From assembly GCA_963751275.1 (NCBI GenBank), contig CAVVTZ010000007.1, positions 448,001 through 512,000 on the forward strand: a stretch of 64,000 bases of DNA, read 5' to 3'. A model generated the notes under the pieces. That model had not been told where the DNA came from. It did not search any database and saw only the letters and a list, made by a program, of their open reading frames with translations. Below are positions 9,015 to 20,304 of the stretch, in pieces (position 1 is the stretch's first letter; each line of letters begins with the position of its first letter). The stretch comes from an uncultured Gemmatimonadaceae bacterium. GTDB lineage: Bacteria > Gemmatimonadota > Gemmatimonadetes > Gemmatimonadales > Gemmatimonadaceae. Made by a program: the position numbers and the translations under genes.

Positions 9015-9706
9015 CGCTTCGCGTAGCTCGCGAGCGTCTGGAGCGGGTGGAAGGTCTGGAGGCCGTTCTTCATCCACAACTCACGGAAGGGCTTGAAGTC
9101 CACGTCCCAATCCGCGAGCAGGTCGGTCATCGCCTGCGAATGGATCGTGATGCCGCCGCGCTCCTCTTCGTTCTCGCTGAACTGGCTCGCCATGATGATC
9201 GTGGAGGTGTACGCGCCCTCCTCGTCGTTCATGAACGCCTGGTAGCGGTGCTCCACGTTCGACCACTCGTGCTCGGTGATCGTCATGTCGACGATCGGCT
9301 GGCCGCGGTCGGTGGCGTGGATCGTGATGTGCCCGTCGCCGCGCACCCACGTGATGCCGATGTCCTGCATGTAGTGCGGCAGGTGCCAGCGCTCGATCGC
9401 GTGCTCACGCGATTCGCGCGTGGTGGTGCCGAGGCGGAACGGATAGAACGCGCTGCGCGGCATCGGCTGCCCCGGCTCGATGCGCGGGGCGACGAGGATC
9501 GACAGGATCAGCTCGCCGTAATCGCCGACCGGGCTGTTGGTGAAATCGAACGCCATGACCGACAGCACGCTGGAGCCGTGGTGCGGCTCGATCGGCTGCA
9601 GCTCGGGCGGCAGGATCGCCTTCGCGTTCTCCGTGGGGAACTCGAAGAAGCCGCCGATGGCATCACGGTAATGGTACTGGACGTAACCCTCTTTGCTCGT
9701 GCTCAT
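9011..9706 (-). CDS. acetoacetate decarboxylase-fold protein
   Basis: AILPPELQP, SPVGDYGE, ERWHLP pattern; coupled to both neighbours by 4-nt overlaps. Confidence 0.65.
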   Translation of the reverse strand: MSTSKEGYVQYHYRDAIGGFFEFPTENAKAILPPELQPIEPHHGSSVLSVMAFDFTNSPVGDYGELILSILVAPRIEPGQPMPRSAFYPFRLGTTTRESREHAIERWHLPHYMQDIGITWVRGDGHITIHATDRGQPIVDMTITEHEWSNVEHRYQAFMNDEEGAYTSTIIMASQFSENEEERGGITIHSQAMTDLLADWDVDFKPFRELWMKNGLQTFHPLQTLASYAKR

Positions 9707-10983
9707 ACGAGAATGCCCTCTTCGCGGAGAACCTTGACGAGGATCGCGACGCCCTCGTCGAGCTGGTCGGTGGTGTGCGAGGCCGAGATGGACACCCGGA
9801 AACGCGACCGGTGCTTTGCCACTGCGGGATAGATGATCGGCTGCAGGTACAGGCCGGCGCGGAGGAGCTTGTGTCCCAGCTCGAACACGCGGCGGTCGTT
9901 CTTGACCATGATGGGGATGACCTGCGACGTGGAGTCGCCGATGTCCACGCCGGCCTCTTCGAGGCGGGCGCGGATGTGCGCCACGTTCTTCCAGAGCTGC
10001 GCGCGGAGCTGCGGCTCGGCCTGCGCGATCTCGAGGCTCTTCAGCACGCCCGCCGCGACCACCGGCGACAGCGCGCACGAGAAGACGCGCGACCGCGCGA
10101 ACCCTTTGAGATAGTTGTAGAGGTTCTTCGAACCGGCGACGTAGCCGCCCTGCCCGCCGAGCGCCTTCGAGAAGGTGCCCACGTGCATGTCGACCTCATC
10201 CTCCAATCCGAACTGCTCGGCGACGCCGCGGCCGTGCTCGCCGTACACGAACGCCGAGTGCGCTTCGTCGAGCAGGATGCGCGCGCCGTACTTCTTGGCG
10301 ACCGCCACGAGCTCGGGGAGCGGACAGACATCGCCGTCCATGGAGTACACGCCCTCGATGGCGACGAGGATCTTCTTCCCCTTCACCTTCTGGAGCTTCT
10401 TCTCCAGGTCCACCGGATTGTTGTGGCGGAAGAAGCGCACATCCGCCTTGGAGAGGATGGCGCCGTCCACGATGCTCGCGTGCGAGTTCTGGTCGGCGAT
10501 CACCCAATCACCGGGGCGCATGAGACCGGAGATCAATCCAATGTTCGTGCTGTAGCCCGTGGGGAAGACCATGACGGCTTCCTTGCCCTTGAACTTCGCG
10601 AGCGCCGCCTCGAGCTGCATGTGCACGTCCATCGTGCCGCTGAGGATGGGCGAGCCGGCGGCGCCGAGTCCGTACTGGTCGAGCGCGGCCTTCGCGGCGG
10701 CGATCACCTCGGGACGCGACGACAGTCCCAGATAGTTGTACGAGCTGAGATTCAGCAGCTCGAGCTTCTTCCCATCGCGCATCTCGGTGAGCATCACGTG
10801 CCCGCCCGGCGGCGTGGAGATCGGCTGGCCGAAGAGGTAGTAGCCCTCCGGCACGGCCCGGTTGTACCATTCGTTATACGGCTCAAGGATCGCGAACGGG
10901 TCGTCGCTCGACGAATAGAAGAAACTGCTATAGTCGTAGTCGAGCGGGTTCATCGCCGTTTGCGGTTCCATGCGGATCGCCAT
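9703..10983 (-). CDS. PLP alpha-oxoamine synthase, serine palmitoyltransferase-like
   Basis: SYNYLG, TGYSTN, SHASIVDG, EGVYSMDGD, DEAHS, GTFSKALG; start may be 10971 or 10953. Confidence 0.88.
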   Translation of the reverse strand: MAIRMEPQTAMNPLDYDYSSFFYSSSDDPFAILEPYNEWYNRAVPEGYYLFGQPISTPPGGHVMLTEMRDGKKLELLNLSSYNYLGLSSRPEVIAAAKAALDQYGLGAAGSPILSGTMDVHMQLEAALAKFKGKEAVMVFPTGYSTNIGLISGLMRPGDWVIADQNSHASIVDGAILSKADVRFFRHNNPVDLEKKLQKVKGKKILVAIEGVYSMDGDVCPLPELVAVAKKYGARILLDEAHSAFVYGEHGRGVAEQFGLEDEVDMHVGTFSKALGGQGGYVAGSKNLYNYLKGFARSRVFSCALSPVVAAGVLKSLEIAQAEPQLRAQLWKNVAHIRARLEEAGVDIGDSTSQVIPIMVKNDRRVFELGHKLLRAGLYLQPIIYPAVAKHRSRFRVSISASHTTDQLDEGVAILVKVLREEGILV

Positions 10984-11011
10984 GTTGTGACCTCCAATTA
11001 TTCACTGCGGC

Positions 11012-11842
11012 ATGACTTCAGTACCGATCTCAGTACCCCGGGCGAAGAACCGCCTGGAGCGGGCGATCCGCGCGTTCCGCGGCTCGCTCTTCTTCATCAT
11101 CTGGCTGCCCTTCCTGAGCATCCCTGCGGCCATCGTCCAGCGCTTGATCGTGTGGCCCATGCTCACGCTGGCTCCCTCGCCGGCCCGCCGCGCCCAGCTC
11201 TATGGCAGCTGGCTGCGCCTGCATTGCCGGTTCGTGCTCTTCCTCGCGCGTGTCACCGCCGGCGTCCGCGTCACCGTCGAAGGATCGATCCCCGACGAGC
11301 CCATCGTCGCCGTGATGAATCACCAATCCGTACTCGACATCCCGGTCGCGGTGAGACTGTTCCACGGCGCATCGCCGCTCTTTCCTACCCGCGACCGCTA
11401 CAAATGGAAGATCCCGTTCCTCTCGCCGACGCTGCGCATGGGGCGCTTCCCCTTCATCACGCAACGGCCCGCGACGGTGCAGCAGGATCTGGATTCACTC
11501 GCTGAAGCCGCCTCTCGCGTCGCGCGCGGAGACAACTCCCTGCTCATCTACGCCGAGGGCCATCGCACGCGCGACGGCCAGATCGGCCGTTTCATGCGGC
11601 AAGGTCCCCGCCTCATCCTGACACAAGCCCAGCGTCCTGTCTACCTCATTGTAGCCGACGGCATGTGGGGCGCCCGAACATTCACCGATGCGCTGGTGGC
11701 GCTGGCCAACTCCCGCATCCATGTCGTCATCGACGGTCCCTATGATCCGCCGCATGCCGAGCATGCCGACGCCTTTCTCGACACGCTCCGCGACCGGATG
11801 ATCCACATGCTCGAGCGCATACGCGAGACGACTCCCGCGTGA
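11012..11842 (+). CDS. lysophospholipid acyltransferase (PlsC family)
   Basis: NHQSVLD (HxxxxD) and YAEGHRTRDG motifs. Confidence 0.9.
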   Translation: MTSVPISVPRAKNRLERAIRAFRGSLFFIIWLPFLSIPAAIVQRLIVWPMLTLAPSPARRAQLYGSWLRLHCRFVLFLARVTAGVRVTVEGSIPDEPIVAVMNHQSVLDIPVAVRLFHGASPLFPTRDRYKWKIPFLSPTLRMGRFPFITQRPATVQQDLDSLAEAASRVARGDNSLLIYAEGHRTRDGQIGRFMRQGPRLILTQAQRPVYLIVADGMWGARTFTDALVALANSRIHVVIDGPYDPPHAEHADAFLDTLRDRMIHMLERIRETTPA

Positions 11843-12846
11843 CGCTCGCCGACTCCCTCCTCGCCGAACCGGGCGCGACGGCCTCGTTCACCGCCGACGT
11901 GCTCGAGACACCCGACCCTGCCGCGGCGCAACTCTCGCGAGCGCTCGCCGCATCGTTCGGTCCCGCGTGTGCCGCCATCATCCACTACGGCTCGCACGCC
12001 CAGCGATCGGGCGCGAAAGCGGAAAGCGCGTTCGACTTCTTCGTCATCGTGTCCGACTACGACGCGGCGTACACGGCACTCGCCGCCTCGCGCGGGACGA
12101 AGCTCCGCCCGCGCACCGCCGCCCGTCTGAATCGCCTGCTGGCGCCCAACGTCATCGCGATCCGCTTTCCCGAGCTCACGCCGCCGGCTCTCGCCAAGTG
12201 CGCCGTGCTGTCCCAGGACGATCTCACCCTCGCCACCTCGGCGCAGGCGCCGGACCACTTCACCCAAGGCCGCCTCTTCCAGCACGTGCAGCTCGCCTGG
12301 ACCGGCACGCCAGCCCAACGGCATTCCGTGCTCGGCGCGCTGGCCGCGTGCCGTGCCCGAACGTGCGAATGGGGTCTGCCGTTCCTGCCCGCCGGCTTCG
12401 ATGAAGCCGGCTACATCCGGGCGTTGCTCGCGCGTTCTTTCGAGGCGGAGATCAGGCCAGAGACCGCAGACCGGATCGATACGCTGACCGGCGCTCAACG
12501 GGACTCGCTGGCGCCGGTCTATGACGAACTGCTGCAACGTCTTGAGCATCGAAAGATAATAGAAAACCGCGGCGATGTCTACCGTCTCGTGGCGGCCGTT
12601 CCCGCGCGGGAGCGCCGCCACTGGGAGCGATATTTCCGGCGCAGCAAGCGGCGGGCAACGATGCGCTGGGGGAAATACGTACTCCTCTATGACGACTGGC
12701 TCGACTATGTCGTCCAGAAGGTGGCGCGCCGGTCTGGCACGACGGTGGAACTCACATCGCGCGAGCGCCGCTGGCCCCTCATATTCCTCTGGCCGCGCGT
12801 GTTCCGCTATCTTCGCACCCGACCCCAACGCCGTCGCTCGACATGA
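11839..12846 (+). CDS. Tam41/Mmp37-like lipid-phosphate cytidylyltransferase
   Basis: YGS...FDFFVIV, KCAVLSQDDL, GRLFQHV, SFEAEIRPE resemble the Tam41 blocks YGS, DxI, KYGVxS, GRLQKPV, SYxGDxR. Confidence 0.65.
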   Translation: MTLADSLLAEPGATASFTADVLETPDPAAAQLSRALAASFGPACAAIIHYGSHAQRSGAKAESAFDFFVIVSDYDAAYTALAASRGTKLRPRTAARLNRLLAPNVIAIRFPELTPPALAKCAVLSQDDLTLATSAQAPDHFTQGRLFQHVQLAWTGTPAQRHSVLGALAACRARTCEWGLPFLPAGFDEAGYIRALLARSFEAEIRPETADRIDTLTGAQRDSLAPVYDELLQRLEHRKIIENRGDVYRLVAAVPARERRHWERYFRRSKRRATMRWGKYVLLYDDWLDYVVQKVARRSGTTVELTSRERRWPLIFLWPRVFRYLRTRPQRRRST

Positions 12847-13601
12847 CGCCGACCACCTACATCGCCGTATCACTCGCGTTCGCCTTCCTGCTCACGATGC
12901 CGGTGTACGCCGTCGTCGCGCGCGGGCGTCCGGTGGATGCCGAGGTGGCACGGCGGCCCACCACGCTGCTGCTGGGCGTGTGGGTGCGGGACTGGCTCAT
13001 GTGGGTGATCACGCCGGTGGAGCGCGCGCTGGTGCGCGTGAACGTGTCGCCGGACCTGCTGAACTATGGCGGCGGCGCGCTCGGACTCGCCGCCGGCGTG
13101 TCCTATTCGCAGGGCGCGATCGCGCTCGGCGGTACATTCGTGCTGCTCGGAGGGATCGCGGACGTGCTCGACGGGCGCGTGGCGCGCGCTCGCGGAGTCG
13201 GCAGCGCGTACGGCGAATTCCTCGACTCGATCATCGACCGCTTCTCGGAGATGTTCGTGTTCGTGGGCCTTGCGCTCTACTTCGAGCCGTCGCGTTGGGC
13301 GATGTTGAGTACGGTGGTCGCGCTCGGCGGCGCCATGATGGTGAGCTACTCGCGCGCGAAGGGCGCGGCGGTGGGCGTCGATTGCCGCGGCGGCGTGATG
13401 CAGCGCGCCGAGCGGCTAGTGCTCCTCGCGATCGCTTCGATGCTCGACAATCCGGTCTGCGACTACTTCGGCTGGCCCGAATCGTCGCTGCTCATCGCGG
13501 CCGTGACCCTGATCGGAGCGGCCAGCGTGGGCACCGCGGTGTGGCGGAGCTGGTCGATCGCGGCTGAACTGAAAGCGAGGAATGGCGGGGCTAAGAACTG
13601 A
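12843..13601 (+). CDS. CDP-alcohol phosphatidyltransferase, PIP-synthase-like subfamily
   Basis: DVLDGRVAR...GEFLDSIIDR signature; SYSRAK and MQRAERL. Confidence 0.9.
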   Translation: MTPTTYIAVSLAFAFLLTMPVYAVVARGRPVDAEVARRPTTLLLGVWVRDWLMWVITPVERALVRVNVSPDLLNYGGGALGLAAGVSYSQGAIALGGTFVLLGGIADVLDGRVARARGVGSAYGEFLDSIIDRFSEMFVFVGLALYFEPSRWAMLSTVVALGGAMMVSYSRAKGAAVGVDCRGGVMQRAERLVLLAIASMLDNPVCDYFGWPESSLLIAAVTLIGAASVGTAVWRSWSIAAELKARNGGAKN

Positions 13602-13683
13602 ACGGCAAGAGGGGAAACGGGAAACGGGAAACGGGACGACCTACTTGCCCCCGTTTCCCGTTTCCCGTTTCCCCTCTTGCCGT

Positions 13684-13692
<9 letters not shown>
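13593..13692. repeat. 43-bp perfect inverted repeat with GGGAAAC heptamers; probable bidirectional terminator
   Basis: 13593-13635 is the exact reverse complement of 13650-13692; lies between convergent genes. Confidence 0.9.
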
Positions 13693-16357
<2,665 letters not shown>

Positions 16358-16395
16358 GGGATGTCCGATTGAGGTACTTCTGAAATCTAACGACT

Positions 16396-16580
16396 GACGG
16401 CGAGCGTGACACCGCGGACGGCGCGTGTGACGACGCTGACGGCGCGTGTGATCGTTGACGTGTGGCCACTACTCGCGCCGCGGCCGTTGCCACACGTCGA
16501 CGACCACAGGCGCTGTCAGCGGTGTTACCGTCGCCGTCAGCGGTGTCAGTCTCGCCGTCAGCGTCGTCACCCTCGCCGTC
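16396..16580. repeat. 21-nt unit tandem arrays in inverted orientation
   Basis: GACGGCGnGnGTGACnnCGCT x~3 facing AGCGnnGTCACnnTCGCCGTC x3-4. Confidence 0.75.
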
Positions 16581-17696
16581 TCAGTCGCTCGGGCTCGCGG
16601 CCATCGGTTGGCTGATCGGCTTCGTCGTCCGCCGCGTTCCGTCGAGCGAATGCACCGATATCGCCTCGAACGGGCATTGCTGCACGAAGTCGCCGTCGGC
16701 GGGACTCCATTCCATGACCGGGTGCTCGATCACCGCCTTGTTCGCGAGATCGAGCACGATGCGGTCGGGGGCCAGCGAGACGCAGATGCCGCAGCCGGTG
16801 CACTTGTTGCGGTCCACGAGGACGTTCACGCGGCGGCGCGGGTAGATCACGCCGGGCTTGAGCTCGTGGTCCGCCACCTGGTCGAGCGCGGCGAGGGTCG
16901 CGGTGTATCCCGCCTCGATCAACTCTTCCGTGTGCACGAAGCTGAACATGTCGCGGTGCGCGACGTCGGGGCGGATGAGCAGCATCGGCGGGCCGGACCA
17001 TGCGGCGAGCGGCTGCAGCTGCAGCGCGTGCATCATGATCGACGCCGCGCGCATGTAGATGGCGGCGAAGCCCTGGCGCCGGATCAAGCGCGCGTGACCG
17101 AGACTCGTGGTCCCGACATCGACGGCGATCACCATCTCCGCGCCGAGTCCGGCGATCGCGGCGGGCAGGTTGTCGATGGTGCCGCCATCGATGCATGGGC
17201 GCTCGCGCACGATGCCCGGCGGGAAGAACCCCGGCAGCGCGCACGACGCGTAGATCGCGTCCACCACCTTCACATCGCGCAGTCCCGGCAGTCCCCACAC
17301 GACGCGCGTGCCGCGCTCCACGTCCACGGTGTTCACGAGCAGCGGCACCCGCAGGTCCTCGAAGGTGCCCTCCGGCGCGTTGAGCCGGCACAATTCGCGC
17401 AGCGGCTCCTCGTGATAGAGCGAGGGGCTCTTCATGCGCTCGAGCAGCATCGCGAGATGGTTGATGCGGAAGAGGTCCTGCTTCTGGAGCGCGCGCGCCC
17501 GCGCGTCCATCTCGTCCAGGCTGATCCCGGCGGCGCGGGCGGCGGCGATGAGCGCGCCGATGCTCGTACCGGCGTAGAGCGCCGGGCGGATGCCGCGCTC
17601 CTTCAGGGCGCGCAGCACGCCGATGTGCGCGAATCCCTTGAGCCCGCCGCCGCCGAGCACGACGGCGACGCGTGAGGGAAATCCTGACGAGGCCAT
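16581..17696 (-). CDS. patatin-like phospholipase with C-terminal ferredoxin domain
   Basis: GGGGLKG, GTSIG, DGG; C-terminal CTGCGIC...CP. Confidence 0.9.
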   Translation of the reverse strand: MASSGFPSRVAVVLGGGGLKGFAHIGVLRALKERGIRPALYAGTSIGALIAAARAAGISLDEMDARARALQKQDLFRINHLAMLLERMKSPSLYHEEPLRELCRLNAPEGTFEDLRVPLLVNTVDVERGTRVVWGLPGLRDVKVVDAIYASCALPGFFPPGIVRERPCIDGGTIDNLPAAIAGLGAEMVIAVDVGTTSLGHARLIRRQGFAAIYMRAASIMMHALQLQPLAAWSGPPMLLIRPDVAHRDMFSFVHTEELIEAGYTATLAALDQVADHELKPGVIYPRRRVNVLVDRNKCTGCGICVSLAPDRIVLDLANKAVIEHPVMEWSPADGDFVQQCPFEAISVHSLDGTRRTTKPISQPMAASPSD

Positions 17697-17822
17697 GATC
17701 CCCGTGTGAGTATCTTCCGCGCGGCCCGAATGCCGCGTGCGAGTAAGTTACGCGCCGCGCCCGCCGATGCGAGCGCGGCGCGCTCCGTTGCGGCGGCTTG
17801 GGCTCACCTGTCCTTCATCCGA

Positions 17823-19604
17823 ATGCCACAGCGACTCGTTCCGCAGCTCGTCACCGCGCTCAAGGGCTACACGCGGCACGACCTCCTCAGGGATCTGCTC
17901 GCCGGCGTGATCGTCGGCATCGTCGCGCTCCCGCTCGCCATCGCGTTCGGCATCGCGAGCGGCGTGTCGCCGGCGCAGGGTCTCTACACCGCGATCATCG
18001 GCGGATTCATCATCTCCGCGCTCAGCGGCAGCCGCGTGCAGATCGGCGGTCCGACGGGCGCGTTCGTCGTCATCGTGTACGGCATCGTGCAGGTGTACGG
18101 CTTCGATGGACTGGCCGTCGCCACGCTGATGGCCGGCGTCATTCTGGTCGGCATGGGACTCGCCCGGCTCGGCGCGGCCATCAAGTTCATCCCATACCCC
18201 GTGACGCTCGGGTTCACCGCCGGCATCGCGCTGATCATCGCGATGCAGCAGGTGAAGGATGTGCTCGGGCTCACGATGGGCGCGGTGCCCGCGCCGTTCG
18301 TCGAGAAGATCGAGGCCTTCGCGGCGCACATTGGCACGGCGAACTGGGAGGCGGTCGCGCTCTCGGCGATGGTCGTCGCGGTGATCGCGCTCTGGCCGCG
18401 CGCGTGGTCGCGCGTGCCGAGCCCGTTCGTGGCGCTCCTCGTGGGCACGGTGGGCGCGTACGCGCTCGGGTTGCACGTCGAGACGGTGGGCTCGCGCTTC
18501 GGCACGCTCTCTTTCGCGTTCCCGCACCCGCACTGGCCGAGCGTCACGTTCGCCGACATGCGGCGGCTGGTGAGCCCGGCGATCACGATCGCGCTGCTCG
18601 CGGCGATCGAGAGCCTGCTCTCGGCCGTGGTGGCCGACGGCATGACGGGCGAGCGCCACCGCTCGAACATGGAGCTGGTGGCGCAGGGGGCCGCGAACAT
18701 CGCGTCGCCGCTGTTCGGCGGCATTCCGGTGACGGGCGCGATCGCGCGGACGGCGACCAACATCCGGAACGGCGGCCGCTCGCCGGTGGCGGGGATCGTG
18801 CACGCGGCGACGCTGCTGATGATCGCGCTCTTCCTCGGGAAGTGGGCGGCGTTCATCCCAATGGCGGTGCTCGGCGCGATCCTGCTGGTGGTGGCGTACA
18901 ACATGAGCGAATGGCGCGCCGTGGTGAACATGATGCGCGCGCCGAAGAGCGACATCGCGGTGCTCGCGACCACCTTCCTGCTCACCGTGGTGATCGATCT
19001 CACCGTGGCGATCGAGGTGGGCATCGTGCTCGCCGCGTTCCTCTTCATGCGGCGCATGGCGGAGGTGACGAACGTGAGCGTCATCGCGCGCGAGTTCGCG
19101 GAGAACGTGGACGAGAACGACCCCAATTCCGTGAAGGCGCGGCGCGTGCCGCACGGCGTGGTGGTGTACGAGATCAACGGGCCGTTCTTCTTCGGCGCGG
19201 CGGAGATGTTCAAGGACACGCTGGGGCGCACGATGGGACGCCCGCGCATCCTGATCCTGCGGCTGCGCAACGTGCCGGCGATCGACGCGACGGGGATGAA
19301 CGCGCTGCGCGACGTGGTGCACCGCACGCGCAAGGATGGCACGGTGGTGTTCCTGAGCGACGTGCACGCGCAGCCGATGATGGCGATGGGCCGCTCGGGG
19401 CTGCTCGATGAAGTGGGCGACGATCAGGTCTTCGGCAACATCGACGACGCGCTGAGCCGCGCGCGGAGCGACCTCGGCCTCCCGCCGGTGGCGGCGCCGG
19501 AGATCGCGTTCCCCGGCATGGAGCACGTGACTGGCGAGACGCCGAGCGCGGGGCATCCGGCGATCAACCCGGAATTGCTGGCGCGGAAGCAGCGCGACAG
19601 CTAG
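17823..19604 (+). CDS. sulP: SulP family anion permease with STAS domain
   Basis: DLLAG, GGPTGA, ESLLSA, GAIART, GPFFFG, IDATG. Confidence 0.95.
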   Translation: MPQRLVPQLVTALKGYTRHDLLRDLLAGVIVGIVALPLAIAFGIASGVSPAQGLYTAIIGGFIISALSGSRVQIGGPTGAFVVIVYGIVQVYGFDGLAVATLMAGVILVGMGLARLGAAIKFIPYPVTLGFTAGIALIIAMQQVKDVLGLTMGAVPAPFVEKIEAFAAHIGTANWEAVALSAMVVAVIALWPRAWSRVPSPFVALLVGTVGAYALGLHVETVGSRFGTLSFAFPHPHWPSVTFADMRRLVSPAITIALLAAIESLLSAVVADGMTGERHRSNMELVAQGAANIASPLFGGIPVTGAIARTATNIRNGGRSPVAGIVHAATLLMIALFLGKWAAFIPMAVLGAILLVVAYNMSEWRAVVNMMRAPKSDIAVLATTFLLTVVIDLTVAIEVGIVLAAFLFMRRMAEVTNVSVIAREFAENVDENDPNSVKARRVPHGVVVYEINGPFFFGAAEMFKDTLGRTMGRPRILILRLRNVPAIDATGMNALRDVVHRTRKDGTVVFLSDVHAQPMMAMGRSGLLDEVGDDQVFGNIDDALSRARSDLGLPPVAAPEIAFPGMEHVTGETPSAGHPAINPELLARKQRDS

Positions 19605-19752
19605 GCGGCCGGGCTCCTTGTAGGGGTTTTCCCTCCGGGCGGCGCGTGGATTCCCCGATGTTTCCATCCGCGCGCGGCATGGAGATTGGCACAACCTGCC
19701 CCGCTCCCCTACACGGAGCGCGGGCAGATGCCTTTCTCAGGAGTGTGCGACG

Positions 19753-20304
19753 ATGGACGGCACGCCTCCCGAACCACCGGCGCCGGCAAGCACCGAACCG
19801 CTCGGCCGGCGCCGATTCCTCCGGATCGCCAGCGTGCTTGGCGGCGCGATCTCCGCGCTCCTCGTCGGCGTTCCCGCCGCGGCCGCCTTCCTCTCGCCGG
19901 GATTCAAGAAGCCCGCCAAGAAGGACTGGGTGAAGGTCGCGGATGACGTGGCGACGCTGGATGTCGGCACGCCCATCAAGGTGGACTTCGTCGAAGCCTC
20001 ACGCGACGCGTGGGTGGAGAGCCGGACGCTGCGCACGGTGTGGCTCTATACCGAGGACGGCGAGACCTTCACGGCGTACAGCGGCACCTGCACGCACCTG
20101 GGCTGCAGCTTCGGATACGACAAGGACCGGAACATCTTCGCGTGCCCGTGCCACCGCGGCATGTTCGACGTGAAGACCGGGAAGGTGCTCGGCGGCCCGC
20201 CGCCGCGGCCGCTCGATACGCTGCCGGTGAAGGTGGAGAACGGCGAGGTGCACGTGATGTTCGAGACCTTCCGCACCGGCATCGAAGAGAAGGTGGCGGT
20301 GTGA
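19753..20304 (+). CDS. qcrA: Rieske iron-sulfur subunit of a bc complex
   Basis: Tat motif RRRFL, CTHLGC, CPCH, GPPPRPL. Confidence 0.93.
   Translation: MDGTPPEPPAPASTEPLGRRRFLRIASVLGGAISALLVGVPAAAAFLSPGFKKPAKKDWVKVADDVATLDVGTPIKVDFVEASRDAWVESRTLRTVWLYTEDGETFTAYSGTCTHLGCSFGYDKDRNIFACPCHRGMFDVKTGKVLGGPPPRPLDTLPVKVENGEVHVMFETFRTGIEEKVAV

Noticed and set aside
9703..10983. bioF biotin gene
   Set aside because: No other bio genes nearby and the context is lipid enzymes; not formally excluded without a phylogeny
16396..16580. CRISPR array
   Set aside because: Units are contiguous, degenerate and inverted, with no unique spacers and no cas genes
19675..19700. Sigma-54 promoter upstream of the Rieske gene
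   Set aside because: TGGCAC is present but the GG-to-GC spacing is 8 nt rather than 10; the alternative register lacks the -12 GC
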